Positions 1 to 7,745 of a stretch of DNA of 64,000 nt are shown here, piece after piece. The notes under the pieces were generated by a model. That model was not told the origin of the DNA. It ran no database searches and was given only the letters and a program-made list of their open reading frames with translations. Source of the DNA: Myxococcota bacterium (GTDB taxonomy: Bacteria > Myxococcota_A > UBA9160 > PR03); assembly GCA_041611735.1 (NCBI GenBank), contig JBFIML010000015.1:1-64000 (forward strand). Reading direction: 5' to 3'. Both the position numbers and the translations under genes were made by a program. Position 1 is the stretch's first letter. The number at the start of each line of letters is the position of its first letter.

Positions 1-57
1 CGCCGGGGCGACGGAGGTGGGGGGCCGAAGGCTTCCGTCGCCGGAGGGATCGAGGGC

Positions 58-729
58 TCAGGCGCCGGCGGGGCGGCGCGCCCGCCCGCCGCGGGCCAGG
101 CCCGCCAGGCCGAGCCCGACCAGGAGCGCCGTGCCGGGCTCCGGGATCGTCGAGAGCGGCGCGCGGCCCGGCGTGGGCTCCGCCAGCACCACGAAGTCGC
201 GGGCGTTGTCGTCCGTGTCCACGTCCGCGAAGCGCCGGGCCAGGCTGGCGCCGGCGGGCGCGTCCGGCGCGGGGCTCCCCTCGCCGGCGAACACCTCGCC
301 GGCCGCGAAGTCGCCGTAGCCCAGTGCGTCCAGCACGCTGCTGTCGCTGCGCAACACCAGCGAGTCGGGGCCGTTCTGGAGATCGAAGTTCAGGATCAGG
401 TCGGCCTCGGGCACCGCGGTCGTCCCGTCGCCCGCGTCGTCGGCCACCACGAACAGGCCGTCGCCCGGAAGCGTACCGGTCAGGGGCAGGGTCGGGCCGG
501 GGCGCCCGTCGGAGCCGTTCACCCCCTCGAGCACCAGGCCGTCCAGGGCGGTGCCCGCTGGGCCGTACAGCTCCACGAAGACGACACCGTTGTCGGAGCC
601 GACCGCGTCGTAGAGCACCTCGGAAATCACGGGGAAGGCGCAGGCGGCGGCCGGCGCCGTGCTCGGCGCCAGCAGCGCCACCAGGGCGAACCGGACGAGT
701 GCGACCGGCTCTCGTCGCATCCAGAGCAT
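58..729 (-). CDS. Lamin-tail-domain protein with C-terminal PEP-CTERM sorting signal
   Basis: Signal peptide; LTD-like 'VISEVLYD...FVELY'; C-terminal IPEP + TM + Arg-rich tail. Start is 729 or 720. Confidence 0.8.
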   Translation of the reverse strand: MLWMRREPVALVRFALVALLAPSTAPAAACAFPVISEVLYDAVGSDNGVVFVELYGPAGTALDGLVLEGVNGSDGRPGPTLPLTGTLPGDGLFVVADDAGDGTTAVPEADLILNFDLQNGPDSLVLRSDSSVLDALGYGDFAAGEVFAGEGSPAPDAPAGASLARRFADVDTDDNARDFVVLAEPTPGRAPLSTIPEPGTALLVGLGLAGLARGGRARRPAGA

Positions 730-743
730 GAGCGAATTCCTCC

Positions 744-2267
744 CTAGCGGGGCGAGGGACACTCGGACCCGGCCAGCTCGCGCCCGAACCAGCCGTCGGT
801 CCAGCCGTCCAGCCCCGCCGCCAGCTCCCGGGCGCGCAGCTCCAGCTGCAGCGCTTCCGGTGAGTCGGGCGCGCTCTCGCGCCGCTCCGCCAGGACGCGC
901 CGGCGCTGGAAGTAGAGCTGGTTGATCTCGTCCAGCACGTCGCTGCGCAGCTCGATCAGACGCCGCGCCTCCTGGGACACGTCGATCTGCTCCGGGTGAT
1001 AGAGGAGCGTGCCGAGATCCCAGCTGAAGGTCAGCGTCAGCTCGGTTTCGTGCGCGCGATCGTCGTCTCGATCGAACAGGCGCCGCAGGTCACCGGAGAT
1101 GAAGGCCTCGTCCCGCTCGAACCGGAAGCTGCGCTCGTCGCTGCGGGTGGCCCGCAACGAGACCACCGGGAGCAGGCCGCGACGCGTGACGCCCCGGCGC
1201 AGGCGCCGGACGTGGCCCGGGTCGAGGTCGAGCCCGGCGAGCGCCGCGCGCTGCACGGCGCGGATCGGTGGATCGCACGGGGCGGGATGGGCGACCCGAG
1301 GCGATCGAGCGTCGCTCGGCGCCGCGCCTTCCCACAGGCCCGCGTCGCCGGCCACCCAGACCCGCGTGCCGTCGCTGGCCAGGGCGCGAGCGGCCTCGTC
1401 GCCCACCGGCGGCGCCACGCGCCGCCAGGGACCGCTGACGCGCTCCGCGTCGAGCACGCCGCGATCCGTGAGCAGCCACAGGCGCCCCGCCCCGCGGGCC
1501 AGGCGACGCACCCGCGCCCCCGGCGGCAGCGCGGGCCGCAGCAGGGTCCAGGCGGAGGCGGGCGCCTCGCGCACGACCAGGGCGCGCTCCGCCGCCACCA
1601 CCACCGCCATCCCCCAGTCGAGGGCCAGATCCGCCAGGGGGCGCGCCGCGACCGGGAGCGCCTCGAGGACGCCCGAGGCGCCCGGTCGGTCGAGGCGCGC
1701 ATGCACGAGATCTTCGTCGCCGAGGCTCCACAGGCGCGTCTCCGCCGGGCCCACCTGCAGCGCCACGGAGCGGGCGGGGAGACTCGCGAAGCGACCGTCG
1801 GGCCGCAGCCAGCGCTCCCCGTCGGCGGACCAGAAGACGCCGGCCCCGGTGGCCACGGCCAGGCCCGCGGCGCCCGGCAGCACGCGCCGCACGTCGCGCG
1901 CCGGCTCGCCGGGCGCGGGGCTGCGGTCGGCCACGGTGCCCTCGCCGGCCACGCGGAAGAGGCCTTGCGCCGTGGCCACCCAGAGCGCCCCGTCGGCAGC
2001 AAAGGCCAGATCCTGGACGGGGCCGCGCAGGCGCCGTCGCCGCCAGGCGCCTCCGGGCTCGCGGAACGCGATGCCGGTCGCGCCCCCCACGGCCAGGCGC
2101 CCGCGCGAAGCGTCGACGGCGACGGCATGCACCGCCTTCCCCTCGACGGGCGCCTCCACGAGGTGCCAGGTCCAGGGCTCCGGTCCCTCGGCGAGGGCGA
2201 CGCCCGCTGCGAGAAGCAGGAGGAACGCAGCGAGAGCGTCGACTCGGACCCGGGCTCGGCGCGACAC
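744..2267 (-). CDS. Secreted hypothetical protein: beta-propeller-like repeats plus helical/beta-hairpin C-terminal domain
   Basis: Signal peptide; repeated 'DGALWVAT..GL' blades; C-terminal 'LTFSWDLG...DVLDEINQLYFQRRR'. GTG start inferred. Confidence 0.6.
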   Translation of the reverse strand: MSRRARVRVDALAAFLLLLAAGVALAEGPEPWTWHLVEAPVEGKAVHAVAVDASRGRLAVGGATGIAFREPGGAWRRRRLRGPVQDLAFAADGALWVATAQGLFRVAGEGTVADRSPAPGEPARDVRRVLPGAAGLAVATGAGVFWSADGERWLRPDGRFASLPARSVALQVGPAETRLWSLGDEDLVHARLDRPGASGVLEALPVAARPLADLALDWGMAVVVAAERALVVREAPASAWTLLRPALPPGARVRRLARGAGRLWLLTDRGVLDAERVSGPWRRVAPPVGDEAARALASDGTRVWVAGDAGLWEGAAPSDARSPRVAHPAPCDPPIRAVQRAALAGLDLDPGHVRRLRRGVTRRGLLPVVSLRATRSDERSFRFERDEAFISGDLRRLFDRDDDRAHETELTLTFSWDLGTLLYHPEQIDVSQEARRLIELRSDVLDEINQLYFQRRRVLAERRESAPDSPEALQLELRARELAAGLDGWTDGWFGRELAGSECPSPR

Positions 2268-2419
2268 GGGGGGCGTCAGGAGCAAGGGGCGTGCCGGAGC
2301 GCCGGGGGGCTCCCGGGCGGCCTCCGCTCCCGCCAGCCCGTCCGGGGGCCGGGCCGTGAACCGGCCGGCGCGCCGGACGGGCGAACCGGCGGGCACGCAG
2401 CGCCACTCCCGACGGCTGC

Positions 2420-2448
2420 TTGACGGGCCCCGGGCGCTCCCCAAGAAT
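2420..2448 (+). promoter_or_regulatory. Putative sigma70 promoter giving a leaderless transcript
   Basis: TTGACG-N17-AAGAAT, ATG 7 nt downstream at 2456, no SD. Confidence 0.45.
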
Positions 2449-2455
2449 CGCCCGC

Positions 2456-3019
2456 ATGGGTCGCGCCCACCTCGCGCTGGCGCTTCTGGTCGGGTTCGCT
2501 GGCGGCGGCGTGCCCGCCCAGGCCGACGAGCCGGGCGAGCCGGTGATCTACAAGTGGGTGGACGAGAACGGGATCGCCCACTACACGACCGACCCGGACC
2601 GCATCCCGGGCTCCCTGCGCGGGCGGCTGCGCGAGCTGGAGCGGAAGCGCGAACCCCAGGCGCTGCCCGGTGAGGCTCCGAGCGGCGAGACCTGGGCGCT
2701 GCGCGATCTGGCACCCGAAGCGCCGCCCCCGCCGAGCCCGGTGGAAGCAGGCCCCCCGGAGGCCGGACCCCAGGAGCTGGCCCTTCCGGAGGACCCCGGT
2801 CTGGCGGCGCGCATCCAAGCCCTGGAGCAGGAGATCGCCCGGGACGAGGAGCGGCTCCAGGCGCTGATCAGCGATCCGGAGCGGGCCGGCGACGCCCTGG
2901 CCGACGATCCCGAGTTCCGGGAGGTGGCACGGCGCCTGCCGCGCCGGCAGGCCGACCTGCGCGCGCTGCGCGAGCAGCAGGCACGCCAGCCCGGGTCCGC
3001 CTCGCCGCCGCGACCATGA
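2456..3019 (+). CDS. DUF4124 domain secreted protein
   Basis: Signal peptide, 'IYKWVDENGIAHYTTDP', Pro-rich linker, coiled coil. Confidence 0.8.
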   Translation: MGRAHLALALLVGFAGGGVPAQADEPGEPVIYKWVDENGIAHYTTDPDRIPGSLRGRLRELERKREPQALPGEAPSGETWALRDLAPEAPPPPSPVEAGPPEAGPQELALPEDPGLAARIQALEQEIARDEERLQALISDPERAGDALADDPEFREVARRLPRRQADLRALREQQARQPGSASPPRP

Positions 3020-3978
3020 GCCGCACCGATGGGGATCCGGTCGACGTCGTCGCGTTGGCCGGCGGCGTGGGCGCGGCGCGCTTCCTGCGCGGATTGCTGC
3101 GCGTGGTGGCGCCGGAGCGCGTGGCGGTGGTGGTGAACACGGGCGACGACCGCGCCTTCTACGGCGTGCACGTCTCGCCGGACCTCGACATCGTCACCTA
3201 CACCCTGGCCGGCCGCGTGGATCCCCAGAAGGGCTATGGCCTGGCGGGCGACAGCTTCGCCGTCCTCGATGCGCTCGCCGCCCTGGGGCATGCCACCTGG
3301 TTCCGGCTCGGGGACCGGGATCTGGCCACGTGCCTGCACCGGACCTTGCGTCTGCGCGAGGGCGTCGGCCTCGCCGCGGTGACCGACGAGATCCGGCGGG
3401 CCTTCCGGGTACCGGCGCGCCTGCTGCCCATGTCCGAGGACCCCTGTCCGACCCGGGTCGAGCTGGACGGCGGGCGCCACGTGCACTTCGAGGAGTACCT
3501 GGCCCGGGACGGCGCGCCCGACGAGGTGCGCGGGGTCGACCTCTCCGCCGCGCGACGCGCCCGCCCCGCGCCGGGCGTGTGCGAGGCGATCGAGGCCGCT
3601 CGCAGCATCGTGATCTGCCCGAGCAATCCGGTCGTCTCCATCGGACCGATCCTGGCGGTGCCGGGCGTGCGCGACGCCCTGGCGCGCGCCCGGGCGCCCA
3701 AGGTGGCGATCTCCCCCATCGTGGGGGGCGCCCCGCTCAAGGGGCCGGCGGATCGGCTGCTGCGCGGGATCGGCGCCGAGGTCTCGGCGCGCGGAGTCGC
3801 GCAGCTCTATCGGGGCGTCGCCGAGGGCTTCGTGCTCGACGTGCGCGACGTCGCGCAGGCGGACGACGTGCGCGCACTCGGCCTGGCCGCCGAGGCGGTC
3901 GACACGATCATGCGCGATGCGGACGCGGCGGCCCGCCTGGCCGAGGCCACCCTCGAGCTGGCGCGCCAGCTCGGATGA
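3016..3978 (+). CDS. cofD: 2-phospho-L-lactate/PEP transferase (F420 biosynthesis, CofD/FbiA)
   Basis: 'LAGGVGAARF', 'VNTGDD', 'SPDLD', 'WFRLGDRD', 'PSNPVVSIGPIL', 'KGPAD'. Confidence 0.95.
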   Translation: MSRTDGDPVDVVALAGGVGAARFLRGLLRVVAPERVAVVVNTGDDRAFYGVHVSPDLDIVTYTLAGRVDPQKGYGLAGDSFAVLDALAALGHATWFRLGDRDLATCLHRTLRLREGVGLAAVTDEIRRAFRVPARLLPMSEDPCPTRVELDGGRHVHFEEYLARDGAPDEVRGVDLSAARRARPAPGVCEAIEAARSIVICPSNPVVSIGPILAVPGVRDALARARAPKVAISPIVGGAPLKGPADRLLRGIGAEVSARGVAQLYRGVAEGFVLDVRDVAQADDVRALGLAAEAVDTIMRDADAAARLAEATLELARQLG

Positions 3979-4622
3979 TCCCGGCCCTGGTGCCCGTCCG
4001 GCGGCTGGCGGCGGCCAAGTCGCGGCTGGCCCAGGCGCTGGGACGACCCGCCGCGGAGCGCCTCGCCACCGCCATGCTGGAGGACGTGGTGGCGGCGCTG
4101 CGGGCGGTCCCTCGCCTCGGGCCGGTGGCCGTGGTGACGCCGGACCCGGCCGTGGCGGAGACGGCGCGCCGGTCGGGCGCCTCGCCCCTGCTCGGGCCCG
4201 ACCCCGGACTCAACGCCTGTCTCGAGCGCGGCGCCAGGGAGATCGCATGGCGAGCCGCCGCCCTGCTCGTGGTGCTCGGCGACGTGGCCGGCGTGCGGGC
4301 CGCCGACGTGGAGGCCCTGCTCGACGCGCTCGCCGGCCTCGGCGGCCGGGGCGTCGTGCTGGCACCGTCCAGCGACGGAGGCACGGCCGCCCTGCTGCGC
4401 GCTCCGCCCGACGCCATCGGGCCCCACTTCGGCGCGCAGAGCGCCCGCGCGCACCGGCAGGCGGCCCGGGCCGCCCAAGTCCCGTGCCGGGAGCTCCCCC
4501 TGCCCTCCCTCGCCATCGACCTGGATTCGGAGCAGGACCTGCACGCCTTCCTGGCCGGACCCGGGGATGGGCCGCGCACCCGCGCCCTGCTGCGGGAGCT
4601 CGGCTTCGGGACGTCCCGGTGA
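3975..4622 (+). CDS. cofC: 2-phospho-L-lactate/PEP guanylyltransferase (CofC/FbiD)
   Basis: 'VPVRRLAAAKSRL', 'GLN', 'DGGT', 'DLDSEQDL'; ATGA-coupled to cofD. Confidence 0.9.
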   Translation: MIPALVPVRRLAAAKSRLAQALGRPAAERLATAMLEDVVAALRAVPRLGPVAVVTPDPAVAETARRSGASPLLGPDPGLNACLERGAREIAWRAAALLVVLGDVAGVRAADVEALLDALAGLGGRGVVLAPSSDGGTAALLRAPPDAIGPHFGAQSARAHRQAARAAQVPCRELPLPSLAIDLDSEQDLHAFLAGPGDGPRTRALLRELGFGTSR

Positions 4623-5380
4623 GCGAGCGGCCGGCGCCGCTGCGCCTGGTGCCGCTGCCCGGCATGCCGCGCGTCGTGGCGGGCGACGATCTGGCGGCGC
4701 TGCTCGAGGCGGCGGCGGACCGTGCCGGGGTGCGCCTCGCCGGCGGGGTGCTCGTCGTGTGCCAGAAGGTGGTGTCGAAGGCCGAGGCGCGCGTGGTGCG
4801 CCTGGCGGAGGTCGAGCCCAGCGCCGAGGCCCGTCGCCTGGCGGTGGAATCGGGCAAGGACCCGCGCCACGTGGAGGTGATACTGCGGGAGACGGTGCGG
4901 ATCGTGCGACGCGGCCACGGAGTGCTGATCTGCGAGACGCGCCAGGGCTTCGTGTGCGCCAACGCAGGGGTGGACCTCTCCAACGCGCCCGGCGCGGACG
5001 TGGCGGTGCTGCTGCCCGAGGATGCGGACGCCTCGGCGCGGCGGCTGCGCGAAGCCCTGGAGCAGCGCGGCGGGGGCCGCCGCCTCGCCGTGGTGATCTC
5101 CGACAGCTTCGGCCGCCCGTGGCGGGAGGGCCAGCTCGACCTGGCCGTGGGCTGCGCCGGCCTCGCCCCGCTAGCCGACTGGCGCGGGCGCACGGACCTG
5201 GAGGGGCGTCCGCTCCAGGTGACCGTCCTGGCCCGCGCGGATCAGCTGGCGGCCGCCGCGGGGCTGCTGATGGCGAAGGACGCCGGCGTGCCGGCGGTCT
5301 GGGTGGAGGGAATTGCGCCGGAAGGCGACGGGAGCGTGCGCGCGACCCTGCGCGACCCCGCCCTGGACCTGTTCCGCTAG
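4619..5380 (+). CDS. cofE: Coenzyme F420-0:L-glutamate ligase (CofE; no FbiB nitroreductase domain)
   Basis: 'QKVVSKAE', 'ANAGVDLSN', 'SDSFGRPWREG', terminal 'DLFR'. Confidence 0.93.
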   Translation: MSERPAPLRLVPLPGMPRVVAGDDLAALLEAAADRAGVRLAGGVLVVCQKVVSKAEARVVRLAEVEPSAEARRLAVESGKDPRHVEVILRETVRIVRRGHGVLICETRQGFVCANAGVDLSNAPGADVAVLLPEDADASARRLREALEQRGGGRRLAVVISDSFGRPWREGQLDLAVGCAGLAPLADWRGRTDLEGRPLQVTVLARADQLAAAAGLLMAKDAGVPAVWVEGIAPEGDGSVRATLRDPALDLFR

Positions 5381-6003
5381 GAGCGCGACCCGCGACTGGC
5401 GTGGGAAGCAGCGTCGCGGACGAGGGCGTCGAGCGCGCTCCACAGCGCCGCCACGCCCTCGCCGGTCTGGGCCGACGTGGCCAGCATCGCAACGCCCCGG
5501 GGCTCGAGGTCACGCGCGAGCGCGCGCAGCCGCTCTGCCCGCGCCATGCGCTTCAGCTTGTCGACCTTGGTGACGGCCACGAGGGCCGGGATCTCGCGCT
5601 CCGCCAGCCAGGCGAGCAGATCGAACTCGTCGTCCGAGAGATCGCGGCGGACGTCCTGGAGCAGCACGGCGGCACGCAGGGGCTTGCGTCCGGCCAGGTA
5701 GCCCTCCACCAGCCGCCGCCACTGGGCGCGCTCGGCCCGCGAGACGCGCGCCCAGCCGTAGCCCGGGAAGTCCACCAGCAGCAGCGCGCCGCTACGGCGC
5801 TCGACCCGGAAGAAGTGGAGCAGGCGTGTCTTGCCCGGCGTGGCGCTGGTGCGCGCCAGCCGACGCCGCCCCGTGAGCCGATTGAGCAGGCTCGACTTGC
5901 CCACGTTCGAACGGCCCAGCAGCGCCACCTCGGGCAGCCCCGCGGCCGGGAACCCCTCCGGCCCCGCCGCGCTCGCCACGAGCTCGGCGGCCCGGACCGT
6001 CAC
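5377..6003 (-). CDS. engB: Ribosome biogenesis GTPase YihA/YsxC
   Basis: 'GRSNVGKSS', 'TPGKT', 'DFPGYG', 'TKVDK'. Confidence 0.95.
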   Translation of the reverse strand: MTVRAAELVASAAGPEGFPAAGLPEVALLGRSNVGKSSLLNRLTGRRRLARTSATPGKTRLLHFFRVERRSGALLLVDFPGYGWARVSRAERAQWRRLVEGYLAGRKPLRAAVLLQDVRRDLSDDEFDLLAWLAEREIPALVAVTKVDKLKRMARAERLRALARDLEPRGVAMLATSAQTGEGVAALWSALDALVRDAASHASRGSRS

Positions 6004-7154
6004 CGCGCCGCGGGCAGGGTGCGCCCCATCCGCTCCAGGGCCTCCTCCAGGTGGTCGTCCGGCGCCGAGAGGGAGAAGCGCAGCCAGCCCTCGCCGGCCT
6101 CGCCGAAGTCCACGCCCGGGGTCACTGCCACGTGGGCCCGCTCGAGCAGGTCCGCGGCGAGCCGGCGCGAGTCGCGCCCGAAGCCCCGGGCGTCGGCGAA
6201 GACGTAGAAGGCGCCGCGCGGCGGCCCGGGCACGCCGAAGCCCAGCTTGCGCAGCCCTTCCACCAGGCGCCGGGCGCGGCGGGTGTAGGCGGCCCGCATG
6301 GCCGCGAGCGTCGCCGCGCCGTGGGCCAGGGCCGCCACCCCGGCCCGCTGCACGAAGTGGTTGGCCGAGATGAAGAGGTTCTGCTGCATGACCTGGAGCG
6401 GGCGCAGCGCCCGGCTCGGGGCGATGACGTAGCCGAGCCGGAAGCCGGTCATGGCGTAGCGTTTCGAGAAGCCGTCCAGCACGAAGGCGTCCTCGGAGAC
6501 CGCCAGCGCCGACGGCGCCGCCTGGGCCTCGTAGACGAGCCCGTCATAGATCTCGTCGGCGACGAGCGGCACCCCGAGCTCGGCCAGTGCACGCAGCGTG
6601 TCCGCCTCCTGGACGGCACCCGTCGGGTTGGCGGGCGAGCTCACCACCAGGGCGCAGGTGCGGGGGGTCAGGGCCGCACGCACGGCGGCCACGTCGATGC
6701 GCCAGCCGTGCTCCGGCTGCGTGGGTACGAAGACGGGCGTTCCGCCGCAGAAGCGCACGAAGTTCGGGTAGCAGGGGTAGTGGGGGGTCGGGATCAGCAC
6801 CTCGCCGCCCGGCTCCACCAGCAGCCCGAACACGAGCAGCATGGCGGGCGAGGTGCCCATGGTGACCAGCACCCGGGCCGGGGCCACCGCGGTCCCCGCG
6901 CGGGCGCCCTTGTCCGCGGCGATGGCCTCGCGCAGCTCCGGGAGCCCCCGGCTGTCCGTGTAGTGGGTCAGACCTCCGCGCAGGGCCTGCGCACAGGCCT
7001 CGACCGCTTCGGGAGGCGCCGGGAAGTCGGGCTCCCCGATCTCCAGGTGGAGGACCCGCGCCCCCTCGCGTTCGAGCTGGAAGGCGCGCTCCATCACCTC
7101 CATGGCGAGGAAGGGTTGGATGCGTCCGACGCGCTCCGCGAAGCCCCGCGGCAT
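6000..7154 (-). CDS. PLP-dependent class I/II aminotransferase
   Basis: 'IGEPDF', 'SPANPTG', 'DEIY', 'GFSKRYAMTGFRLG'. Confidence 0.9.
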   Translation of the reverse strand: MPRGFAERVGRIQPFLAMEVMERAFQLEREGARVLHLEIGEPDFPAPPEAVEACAQALRGGLTHYTDSRGLPELREAIAADKGARAGTAVAPARVLVTMGTSPAMLLVFGLLVEPGGEVLIPTPHYPCYPNFVRFCGGTPVFVPTQPEHGWRIDVAAVRAALTPRTCALVVSSPANPTGAVQEADTLRALAELGVPLVADEIYDGLVYEAQAAPSALAVSEDAFVLDGFSKRYAMTGFRLGYVIAPSRALRPLQVMQQNLFISANHFVQRAGVAALAHGAATLAAMRAAYTRRARRLVEGLRKLGFGVPGPPRGAFYVFADARGFGRDSRRLAADLLERAHVAVTPGVDFGEAGEGWLRFSLSAPDDHLEEALERMGRTLPAAR

Positions 7155-7241
7155 GCGGGCGGCGGTAGCCGCCGGGGCTGTGCATGTCAACGCCGGCAGG
7201 CGTCAAGTGGTGGATTCGACTCCGTTTCCGCCGGCTTCGCC

Positions 7242-7270
7242 TTGGAATGCGACGGGCGGGCTGCTAGCTT
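7242..7270 (+). promoter_or_regulatory. Putative promoter of ccm operon
   Basis: TTGGAA-N17-TAGCTT with extended -10 TG. Confidence 0.4.
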
Positions 7271-7301
7271 CCGGCCCTAGACGTTCCGGAGCACCCCCCG
7301 C

Positions 7302-7745
7302 ATGTCCAAGGGTGTCCAAATCGCCATCGGCGCGGCGTTCGTCGCGCTCCTGCTCGGCTGGTACGCGACCACCAACCTCGAGCGGCTGGGGAGCTTCACC
7401 TACTTCCAGACGCTGGAGGAGTTCCGGGCCGAAGGGCGTCCCGGGGAGCGGGTCCGCGTGCACGGCTACGTGGCGGACGGGTCGATCCAGCGCGACTTGG
7501 TGGGGCGCCAGGTCCGCTTCGCGGTCCAGAACGATCCGCCCCACGCCGGGCAGGGCGCGGAGCCGGTGCTGCCCGTCGTCTACTCGAGCCTGGAGACGCC
7601 GGACCTGTTCCAGGACGGCGCCGAGGTGGTGGTGGAGGGTCGCCTGGAGAGCGCTGGCGCCAGCGCCCTGTTCCGGGCCGACAACGTGCTCGCCAAGTGT
7701 CCCTCGAAGTTCGAGGCGAAGCGCATGGAGGCGGCCTCCTTCTAG
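7302..7745 (+). CDS. ccmE: Heme chaperone CcmE, Cys-type
   Basis: N-terminal TM, 'PDLFQDGAEVVVEG', 'LAKCPSKF'. Confidence 0.9.
   Translation: MSKGVQIAIGAAFVALLLGWYATTNLERLGSFTYFQTLEEFRAEGRPGERVRVHGYVADGSIQRDLVGRQVRFAVQNDPPHAGQGAEPVLPVVYSSLETPDLFQDGAEVVVEGRLESAGASALFRADNVLAKCPSKFEAKRMEAASF

Noticed and set aside
7205-7235. GGATTCGAC resembling a tmRNA 5' motif or tRNA T-arm
   Set aside because: No acceptor stem or cloverleaf and no room for the RNA; lies in a divergent promoter region
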